Positions 27,901 to 38,551 of a stretch of DNA of 64,000 nt are shown here, piece by piece. How positions within the stretch are numbered: the first letter of the stretch is position 1; every line of letters starts with the position of its first letter. Source of the stretch: Azolla caroliniana. Lineage: Eukaryota; Plantae; Polypodiophyta. The notes beneath the pieces are model-generated. The model had not been told where the DNA came from. It saw nothing but the letters and a program-made list of their open reading frames with translations, and made no database searches. The position numbers were made by a program, and so were the translations under genes. Where the stretch lies: contig JBHGNT010000012.1 in NCBI GenBank assembly GCA_043228905.1, forward strand, positions 806,001 through 870,000. The letters are read 5' to 3'.

Positions 27901-29280
27901 CATTCTTGCTTAAGGACAAGCCTTCTACATGGGATGCACTACTTAATCAACCTCTTATTGCCAATTCTTCATTTCGGGATAATGCAGGAAAAGTGTTGGT
28001 CCTGAGAACTCACCTTGCCTAGGGAAAGTTGGATAACAGGCCTGTTGCATCTGTGAGAACTTGGACTCAATTTCAGGAAATGTCACAAGAAGATCGTCTT
28101 GCACATTTACAATTTGCTCATGGTGTCAAGATAATCACTACTAACATATCAACAACATATTCTTCATTTTCTACAACCTTTCAACCTAGGAAGGAACATA
28201 TGTGGTCTGGATGCTTCGTAAATGATACGTTGATGGTTGTCAAGGGTGTTTCACCTAACGAGTGCGCTTCTTATTTTCAAGTCCCAAACAATCATACATT
28301 ACAACCTTACACCTTTGAGTGCAGTTACCTATAACACTTGTGAAGTGCACCAATCATAGTGGTTTTGCTAAAATTGGAACGAAATGGATGCTTAATCCTT
28401 ATGCTTGAATTTCTCATATGTGTGATATGTTGTGGTTATATGCAAAAGACCCGGGCGGTTGGTTTTGGTCACATTCCTTGGGGGAACATATCATAAAGGT
28501 TCCCTTCTTTCAATACACAATCAAACTTGGAAGAGCATTATTGTTGTCTTGGAATGCAAGGATACTAGCAGCTCAGAAACATTGGACTATTTGGGGGGTC
28601 GCAACTTTGCATTTGAAAATCTATTGGAGATGGATTTGGTCATTCAAGGGGCCAACTAAATTTATTCTCTTCATATGGCTATTAGTGCATACGACCTTCC
28701 TAGTTGGTCACTCATTGAAAGGGAATGTAACACCCAATCTTCGACAATGTGTCTTTTGCCATGAAGCTCCGGAGACTGCCAAGCATGCCCTTTGGTCCCG
28801 TCCCTTGGATCAACAAGTATGGAATAAAGTTCTTTCGTTATTTTTAACAATCAATGTCGGTTGCTATTTTCATGGGGATCAGCGTGCTACATTCCAGTTT
28901 GATGTTGTATGAGGCAAACAATGTTCAAGAGGCAATGATGGTACATAATAGAAGATTGATATTAGTCATCCCCTTTCAGCAACCTCGAAAGCAAGTGTGA
29001 TTTGTCCAGATATGGAAAACTGTGACCACAATAATATTATGGGCATTATGGAAATGTCGTTGCAACCGACTTTATGATGCGGCAGATCAACGCCTCTCAG
29101 ATGTCTTGCTTGAGATATAGGAGACCTTACTGGCTATAATCCACGACCAGTATGACAACATGCAGGGTTCACCAAAGATTGTGAGCAAGAGAAAGAAGAA
29201 GCTCCTTCACTTATGGAAAAAGTTATCCCTATTTATAGAGTCAACTCAAGGGCCTCAATGGAACTATCAACGCCCATGGA

Positions 29281-29917
29281 CCCTTTCTTGAATACCAGTG
29301 AATCATGATAGAGTGCAACAACAAAATTTCAACACCTTTTACAACGTCCTATCTTCGGTCTTAGGATTATAGTATATCATTGTACATGGAAAATTGTAAG
29401 CTTTGTGGGCACACAAGCTTAAGTTGTAGCATTTACATGTCTTTTCTTAATAATAATGAGGAAAATCTTTGAAGAAAAAGAAGAAGCTATAAAAACAAAA
29501 TAAATTGAGATAATATAATAATGATAATACCGTCCTCCTCTTCCCCCCCCCTGGACCTACAAATACCTATTTACATTGATTTAAACATTGAGAACCCTTT
29601 CTTGAATACTAGTGAATCATGACAGAGTGCAACAACAATTTTTCAATACCTTTTACAAAGTCCTATCTTCGGTCTTAGGATTGTAGTATATCATTGTACA
29701 TGGAAAATTGTAAGCTTTGTGGGCACACAAGCTTAAGTTGTAGCGTTTACATGTCTTTTCTTAATACTAATGAGGAAAATCTTTGAAGAAAAAAGAAGAA
29801 GCTATAAGAAACAAAATAAATTAAGAGAATATAATAATGATAATAACGCCCTCCTCCTCCCTCCCCCCCCCCCCTTGGACCTACAAATACCTATTTACAT
29901 TGATCTAAACGTTGAGA
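29281..29917 (+). repeat. ~315-bp tandem duplication covering the LINE 3' end and its flank
   Basis: ccctttcttgaatac...tttacattgat.taaac.ttgaga at 29281-29593 and 29595-29917. Confidence 0.9.
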
Positions 29918-30189
29918 TATCGATACACATTAAAATCGGTGTTCATGTTAAAACGCTCGCATACCTTAAACTAACATGGACTTCGACATCCTTGAACATT
30001 GAATTTGGAAAACTCGAAGCAACCCATCCTCTGGGGTTCAAGTCCCCTATGGTTCCGCTTAACTTCGTGACAATGTCTATTGTAAGTTGGAGAACATTTA
30101 TTAAGTTGTCATCATAACTCGTTGCCATATTTAACATTAGTTGTTCCTTGTTAACCTACCCATCATGAATGGGGGCAAGAGATCATGCA

Positions 30190-30800
30190 ATGACTTCATT
30201 TTGAGATGTAGTCATTGACAGACACACCTCCATGTTGCATATTGTTCAACTTGTGTCGTAATTGTTTGCATGCAATTGCATTAGCAACAAATACCTTCTT
30301 CACGTTGTCCCATGTGTCCTTTGGCTGATTGACATATTCCATGTAACCGAATATATGGTTGTACATACACTTTGCCAATAAATACAATTCGTAACTAGTC
30401 CCTTGTTCCTATCTATTGTAGTTTATGCCCACGTTATCAAGCATATTCTCCAAACTATCGTTGAAGTAGTCCTAACATCCTTGTCCAAGAGTGAATTGTG
30501 TCATTCTTTACTACGGTTTACACGGTTGGTTATATCAAACTTCTTGTCAAGAGAGTTTCCCATTTGTGTATTCGTCTTCGTGTTTATTTCTTCTTATTTT
30601 CATTTTCCTTTCATCTATGCAACAAATGAAATATGGTGGATCTCTTCCATGCATGACCTATATAACTATAATACAAAAACAACACTTGATAACATCAATA
30701 TTTATGAGCTTGTATTTCATCAATCACTTCAAGAAACACTCACACCCACCAAATAGGTTTATCTCTACAAATAACCCCTCACATCATAATACCATCTTAA
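30190..30800 (-). pseudogene. Old copia gag remnant related to copia A
   Basis: QPKDTWDNVKKVFVANAIACKQLRHKLNNMQHGGVSVNDYISK aligns with copia A TPKDAWGNLRKVFAASTTARKLQLRHEMSNVRQKNMSVADYIDR; degenerate PBS tggtattatgat at ~30783-30794. Confidence 0.7.
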
Positions 30801-30858
30801 GAAACTTGAGGAAGGGGTTCTTCTTATGCCATGAAAATAGATTTAAGCATGTGTGTAA

Positions 30859-30897
<39 letters not shown>

Positions 30898-31594
30898 GAA
30901 ACAAAGATTGAGAGAATATATCAAAGCCAATGACTTGATATAAAATCTATGAGATGCATATGATAGTGAGACGTTAGTTGAATGTGTCATTAGATTGTTA
31001 TGATTGAAATGATATGTCAAACCATGAAGAAACATTCCAGCATGAGATTTTCATATTATATACAGTTATGATTTAAGACAAAGCCATCGTTGATCCATGG
31101 CCACAATAGAGTAGTTAATGTGGAATATCCCAATTCTATTTACATTTGATGGAGAACTGTGTCAATGGTCCAGTTTCATGCATATATGTATACTAAACAT
31201 TAGTTTCTTGCCAATTGGTTGATGAGCTTTGCAAATATTTCGATTGCTTGTAAAGAGCATTTCTTGGTCTTGTCATATGTACCAAGTGTAGGTAGTCATG
31301 CAACTCCATTTTATCAACCCCCCATAAAACGACGCTCTTGGCTCTTCATTCTCAACTCTTTTAGCTTAAGTTCTATTTTTATTTTTATTTTATTTTTGAT
31401 AATTGGGTAAATACCCTATTTTGTTGTAAACCAATTGTCTCATGGGCCAAATTTGGCCTTAGAAGACGTTAATATAGATTTCTTTCTTACTCATTGATTG
31501 TAGTTCTTTGCCATTTTTTATAGATCGAGTAATGTACATCTCCATACATCTTAGCATGTACCACACTAAAATATATACCTATACATATAGCGTC

Positions 31595-31912
31595 ATGAGT
31601 TGAATACAGCTCAGTTAAAGCCTGAACTAAACCGTTAAACCGTTTTTAAACGGTTTGGCGATTCGGTTTAGGCTCGAGCTTCCTTACTTGGTTTGATCTT
31701 GGTTCAAGATGGCTCAAGCTGAACTGAACCGATTTGGGCAAACTAGTTTCCAAACCAATTAAGGCATAATCGGGTTAAGGCTAAACGAGTTCTGTTCAAG
31801 TTCGGAAGCTCCCAAACCGGTTTGGTTGGGACAAGGCCAAACCGGTTAAGCGTTGTTTGGGTCCCCGGCGCCGGCTGCCGGTTTTTAGGTAGCTTTTAGC
31901 CGGTAAACCGAA
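31595..31912. repeat. AACCG/CGGTT-rich element upstream of BTF3 (probable non-autonomous DNA transposon remnant)
   Basis: Dense aaccg/cggtt motifs like the subterminal repeats of the MITE at 48934; termini unresolved. Confidence 0.35.
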
Positions 31913-32762
31913 GAAATGGCTAGAAACCTAATGGGATGAGGATCGGACGGTGTAGCATCTCGCACGTCGAATCGGACGGCTGCAGAAGCCTCTGAGAGAA
32001 ACTTTAGCTCGTTTCCCTGTCCCACCTCCTCCTTCGTCTTCTTCTTCTTCTTCTTCTTCTTCTGCTTAGGGTTCGCCGACGAGCTCCATCCCACCATCGC
32101 CACAGAGAAGGCTCGTCTCCTGTTAAGGTAAGTTCCTCCGTTTTCTTGTTCTTCTTTTCTTTTTCTTTACCTCACCGAAAAAGCTTCCGTGATTTTCTTT
32201 GTTGAGCTCCTTGCCAAGCCTTTGTCGGTTGAAGCTCCAAACGTTTTCTTTGTTGAATCCTCGTCGCTTTCTTTGTTGAGCTTTGGTTGCATTCTTTGTC
32301 GAGATTCGATAGCTGTCCTTGTTGAGAGCTTCCAAAGCTTTCTTTGTTGAGCTGTCCATGGATTTCGTTTTTGGACTCACGGATTACGTGGATTAACCAC
32401 TGTCAGGCTTTCAATTGTTAGGCTCAGTGGAAGGTTTCATTGGTTTGTTTATAAGAAGCCATTGACTATTATTCGCTTGGTTTCGTTGTTTGGCGCTTTC
32501 TTTGTTGAGCTCTCAAGACTTACTTCATTTACCTCTCTGGAAGCCGTCTTTTAGTCTTAATTGCTGTTTGTTGAAGGTTTATGACCCGACGCTGTAGAAA
32601 CCAATATGGCTCGAAGATTTATTGGATTTATATGTGGAAGCTTACATGGATCTCTTAGTTGTTATTCTATGAAATCTTCCTTGCTTTTCGTAGATGGCCA
32701 GATTATTCGTCACAAAAAGATAATGAAATGTAAGCTCTTTCGTTTACTGCATTTGTTTGCAG

Positions 32763-34910
32763 ATGGACAGAGAAAAGCTGATGAAGATGGCAAGTGCAGT
32801 TCGAACAGGAGGGAAGGGAACCGTCAGAAGGTGTAATACTATTTGAAATTATTTTTTCTTATTTGATTTGGTCTGGCAAATTGAGCAGTATATTTTATTT
32901 GATCTTAGGACATGCTTATCGTAAACAGCTTTTGAAGTGGAATCTGCGATCCACTCAAAATCCAAAGTCACATGTTTACTTGTTTGCCTTAATTCGTGTA
33001 TATGTTGAATTTCTTTTACGATTTGTTTGCATTTAGATTAGAAGTTGAGTATTTGTCCAAAATCATTTCTTACTCATTTGGCTTATGCCGTAGAAAGTTT
33101 ATAACTGCTATAAATCATTTCTTGATTTTTGGTCCTAGAATATACTTTACATATCTGTTTTAAGCAATATTTACTTGTTAGATTTAGTCTTTGTTGCTGT
33201 TGATCTGTTCCGAGTCATGTTTTACCTGTTTTTTTTAATTCTTAGAACGTGCTTATGAACTCAACATTATGCTTAATGTGTTTGCTTTGGGATCTGAATC
33301 GTGAACTATTTTATTGCCTTGGGTCTTAAGAATTGTATGTATTCAATTTCATTATCCATTCATCTACAGTAGAAGATCTGTTTCTTTTTAGAAAAATGCT
33401 TTCATTGCTTGCCTGAGGAGATTCCGGTTTCTATGAATTCTTAGAAGGTGCTTATGAACTCAAAATATGCTTAATGTGTTTTCTCTGGGATCTGAAATTG
33501 TGAACTATTTTATTGCTTTGGTATTAAGAATTGCATGTATTCAACGTCATGCTCCATTCGTCTAGTGTAGGAGCTTTGTTTCTGTTCAAAATAATACTCT
33601 CATTGCTATTCTCAGGAGGTTCATCCATGATCAAAATCATGCACGTTTTGTTACAAATTTTTGTATCTTTACTGGTCTGCATTCTTCTTCTCTCTGATTA
33701 TTGGATAAATTACCGTGGTTCATGAATCATAGTGTATGGCATCTCATTCTTATGCTTTTCCTGTTTACATGCGGTTTGTGAACCACAGTTAACAAGCTCT
33801 TGATCTGAGATATCTGTTTTCTTGCCCGTACTTTTTAGGTTTTGAAAAAAAGAATGCTGTGAAGTATCTCATTTTTCTTCATCTGGCTTTTGAAAATAGA
33901 AAGAAAAAAGCAGTGCACAAGGCTGCTACCACTGACGATAAGAGACTACAGAATACCCTAAAAAGGCTGGGTGTTAATTCTATCCCTGGAATAGAAGAAG
34001 TGAATATTTTTAAAGACGATTCTGTCATCCACTTTGCCAACCCTAAAGGTCTGTAATATGCATGCATTTATACTTGATTATAATAAGAATCTTGTTGATA
34101 TCTTTTCTGTCATTTCAGTACAAGCATCAATTGCTGCAAATACATGGGTTGTGAGTGGTTCTCCGCAGACCAAAAGTAAGTGCCTCTTCTTATCAAACTG
34201 TTATAAATTCCTTATGAAGGATACTTTGAGAATCATTCTTGTGGTTAGAGATTCCCAATGAAGAATTCCTTGAGAAACATTCTTATGCATATAACTCTTG
34301 GATGAAGATGGCTTTGAGAAGTATTCTTGTGGTAATTTTTTCCTGTTGAAGAATGCTTCAATATCTATCATGAGGACTATAGGTTTCTCATGAATATGAT
34401 TTGAGAAATAATCTGTTAATACCTTGGATGAAGAGTGCATCGAGAAGTGAATCTAGTTTATTGTTTAGGGTTTAGGGTTTAGTCTTGAGTGATGAATATT
34501 TTGAGAATTAATCTTGTGAATATTTCATTTCTGAATGAATAATGCTACCAGAAGTGATCTTATGGCGAATATATTCTGGAATAAAGAATATCTCATAAAG
34601 TAAGCTTGTCACATTTGTTTCTTGTTTGTGCTATTTCAGGGCTTCAGGATCTGCTACCTGGAATTATTAACCAGCTGGGTAAATGATAGCATTAACCCTC
34701 ACTTTGCTCATCAATATTATTATTTCTCAAATTTCCGTTCACTCAAATTTTGTGCTTCGAACTACAGGACCTGATAACCTAGCGAATTTAAAAAAGATTG
34801 CGGAGCAATATCAACGGAGAGAGTCAATCCCAGAGGGGGATGAAGAAGAAGATGATGTGCCTGAACTTGTAGAAGGACAAACCTTCGAAGAGGCTGCCAA
34901 AGATGAATGA
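32763..34910 (+). CDS. BTF3: Nascent polypeptide-associated complex beta subunit / basic transcription factor 3
   Basis: Exons 32763-32830, 33900-34048, 34119-34175, 34640-34678, 34768-34910: [30 protein letters not shown]...[27 protein letters not shown]...[14 protein letters not shown]...[13 protein letters not shown]...[16 protein letters not shown]. Probable 5'UTR exon ends at 32127. Confidence 0.96.
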
Positions 34911-35930
34911 GACACCCTAAAGTAATTTTCTTCTCCTGAAAGAGTTCTTGTTCCCTTTTTATAGTTTGTGTTGTACCCCCAACATATGGTAAAGTGTAGT
35001 TGTAAGTAAATTTTGACCACCTGAATTCAATCTATGAAAAGTCTTTTTAATCTTTTGTTCTTTTTTCTAATTCAAAGTTTTGTGAATCACAGTGTAGTTC
35101 CATATGTTTTTGTTGGCCTTTCAAAGTTAATTGACTCGAAGTTATAATAATTTTTGTAATGCAACTGAGCTTTTTGTTACAAATCATGAAAGTCATCAAT
35201 GGAGAAAAGATTATGAGCACATTGTGTTCAGAATATCAATTACAACTTGTTTTGTAACATTTATTATTGATTTGGATGGTATAAAGTTTTCTTTTTGCTG
35301 GCTTTTAATCACTTCCTTATACTTTCACCCATAGTTTTCTCCTTTCATCATGTCTGTGTAGTAACTTTTACTCATTTGCACCTATTTCTTTTTCATATGT
35401 AATCCATTGTCCTTTATTTTGGGGGACACATACATTCTGGCATGGAAAGGTTTCTCATACCCGTCTTTAAAGAAATCACTCTCAACAAAGTCTTGAACTA
35501 ACTGCACTCTGTTTTTTAAACACAGTTACCATTTTATAGTTTGATGTAATTCCATTGAAGATGTGAGTGGCTCTGATACCAGACCCTTGCCTTCTGTGAA
35601 GAGGCCAACATTGTATTTATCTCTTTCGAAGGATGGGTTTTATCTGTCACCTATTGCATGATCCTCTTAAATTTTAGATATAGGAATACAGGTATGTTTT
35701 CATCATTCTCCAGTGAGTATGTCTCTGCTTTTCCTTATAAAGATATTCATAGGGGAACCTTTAATTGTTAACTGTACTATTTCCTGAAAAGTTTAATGTG
35801 ACAAACTGCTCTTTAAAGCCGGAGCTTGCAGAAAATTGGTAAATTATTCGACAAAAGGCATACAGGGATTAGCACTCTTGAAGTTGAGTATCATATATAG
35901 AGAACCATTCGATCATCAATTGATTCTTCT

Positions 35931-37844
35931 AATTGGAGAGATATAGGACTGTTCTGTCTACATTGGCACTGAATTTGAGTTGGTACATTGGAAAATCTTA
36001 TTAGCAGCCTTAAAGCAAATCATACATACAACTTCACCACCTCACATCATGAGTTTTTTGTGTCATGGATATTGTTTGTGAAACACTGTTTTAAGGTGAA
36101 CAATGTATAAACAATGAGTACCTATGCACTATACTATAAAATCCCAGTTAACTTACAAGGGATAGAAGCCTTTATTGATTTAGTATCTATGTATATATTT
36201 AAGGGATATAAGCCTTTATTGATTTAGTATCTATGTCTATTTACCAGAATGCCCTTGGAAGTTCCAAATTTATCAAAGTACCCTATGTCCAAAAAAGTAC
36301 ACTTTATAAATAAATTATACACTCAAATCTACAAGCCCTATTTACTAGAATACCTTCCAAACACGAATTTCTTTACTTAAGCGATTCTTTGGGTCCTTTG
36401 TACCTAACATTGCAGTCTTTCTTTTTCACTCTAGTTTTCATCTTCTAGTTGGATTTATTTCGCCATGTAGAGTGAAGTAGATAGTGTAACATTACATACT
36501 AGCTCTTGGATGAAATTCATCTCGTTGTGCACATCAATTCAATGAATCTTGTAAACCACTATGTTCAATTGAGGTACTTGTGATGGACTCGGCCATCAAG
36601 ATTTCAATAACGTCTTTCCATTGCATTTGAAGCTTTTGTTTCACAAACATTGGTACTTCTCTCTTATCTCATGCTTGCAATAGAACCTTCATCCATATGC
36701 AAACTTTGTGTCATGTTGGGAGATTTTAGGTCTCTTATTTTTCCATCTTCATTTCTTAGTTTCTTTTGCCATTTGCTTTCAAAATGATTAACCACGTCAC
36801 GAACACTTGATTAGGATTATTATCTCGCCTAATATCTTTTGCATCTTCAAATAGTTTGTTTTCCACCATGCTCATTTCAGGCAGTCTTTCATAACCACTA
36901 TCAATCTGGAAACCCTATTTGCATTGCCTTGACATTTTCATTGTTTCCCTTCTAGGGGAATTATCGTTACTTGTGCATGTTCTTCCATCACTCAGATGCT
37001 CCTGTCAAAAATAAAATAAAAAGAAGATTCATCACATCCATTGTTTTGGATGTTGTAGAGAAATCATAGAATTTGATCTAAACATGTTTCTAGAGGAATC
37101 ATAGAATTTGTTCTATTTCCATGAGGCCTATTCAATTTCTGTTGTGGATTTACATTTATCCCCTCTACTCCTAGAAGTTTTTTCTGTTTCTTCTTACATG
37201 ATTCCATAAACTGAATGCATGCCTGCCTAGAAGAAAAAGAGGTTCATTGAATCTTCTATGTTAGAAAATAATCACCACAAAAAGAATCGATGTATGTATA
37301 ATCGCTTAAGTAAAGAAATTTGTGTTTGAAGAGTATTCTGGTAAATAGGGCTTGTAGATTTGAGTGTATAATTGCTTTATAAACTGTATTTTTTTGGACA
37401 TAGGGTTAGTTTGATAAATTTAGAACTTTCAAGGATATTTTGGTAAATAGACGAACTTCCAGGGGTATCCTAGTACTTTTCCCTATATTTAAAGACGTAG
37501 ACTATACTTTTATTGTGAGCCAAGCTGAACTCAATTGGAGAGATATAGGACTGTTATGTCTACATTGGCACTAAATTGAGCATCGGAAAATCTTATTAGC
37601 AGCCTTAAGGCGAATCATAAATATAACTTCACCACCTCACATTATGAGTTTTTTTTGTGTCATGGACATTGTTTGTGAAACATTGTTTTAAGGTGGAGAA
37701 CAATGACGTATAAACAATGAGTACCTATTTAGTATACTATAAAATTCCAGTTAAATTACAAGGGATGTAAGCCATTATTGATTTAGTGTCTATGTATATA
37801 TTTAAAGGCGCAGACTTTACTTTTATTGTGACCTAGGCTGAACT
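35931..37844 (+). repeat. ~310-bp tandem duplication; copy 1 (35931-37531) interrupted by a MULE, copy 2 (37533-37844) empty
   Basis: aattggagagatataggactgtt...tatgtatatatttaa...cttttattgtga...gctgaact occurs twice. Confidence 0.9.
36203..37483. mobile_element. Non-autonomous Mutator-like element (Pack-MULE-like) with ~150-180-bp TIRs
   Basis: Inverted arms ~36235-36386 and 37301-37483; 9-bp TSD TATATTTAA at 36194-36202 and 37484-37492; TIRs homologous to the MITE at 39184. Confidence 0.88.
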
Positions 37845-38551
37845 TGCCTATTTTTTAATTAATCCACTAATTGAGTAGGCGACTCACACAAGTGGGAGAA
37901 GTGTATATCCAATATTGTAATTCCTCACCTTTCAAAATGGCTACCACTAACTCATACACAAATCTTATTTGTAATTAGCGCGGTTAGGTTTAATGTTGCA
38001 ATAAGAGGATAGGCTAGTGTGTGGCTAATTCATGGTAGCGGTGACCTACAACATCTATATCATTGGCATCAAATTGAAAATATAAATATGTGATTGGATG
38101 TAAACAATAAGTGGCCACTGTAATGGTAAAGAAGCATTTAAGTAAAGGGAAGATTGCAAAAATGATGCCACTGTAATGGTAAAGAAACATTTAAGTGAAG
38201 AGAAGATTGCAAAAATGATTTGTTATGACTGATTAACTTACATGTATAACATGCTGTAAATGGGCCTTAAGTCAATCACAAGTGAGTGATATACAACAGA
38301 ACCTAGTCTTTTTCCTTTTCGGCCCTGAGCCAAGGGCCATATACAAACGTCTAGAAGAGATGTTTTGAATAAATTATGAAAGAGATCTGAACTAGAAGCT
38401 TCAATGGATGGTTTAGACCATATTCCCAAAGAAGGTGTCAGCTGATGTATAGGATCTACTTGGTGAAGTTTAATAAAGAGATATATATATACACGTCTTT
38501 ATAAGTGGCAGGCCTGCATGCCTTACATATAAAGGGAAAGAAATGGATATG

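Larger units (their letters stand above)
6495..29480 (+). mobile_element. Decayed L1-like LINE split by the copia insertion (ORF1 end 6495-6840; ORF2 and tail 24959-~29480)
   Basis: Zinc-knuckle remnant QCFRCFGFGHFAK at ~6500. After the copia 3' LTR: APE motifs SWNVQGLG (25007), GGDFN (~25440), DHDPL; RT motifs PGKDG, WRPITLLN, LLLDFEKAYDKVDW, FADDT; zf-RVT CVFCHEAPETAKH; A-rich tail ~29460. Many stops and frameshifts. Confidence 0.85.

Noticed and set aside
35569-35581. PBS TGGTATCAGAGCC on the minus strand
   Set aside because: No adjacent LTR CA end, gag or partner LTR found.
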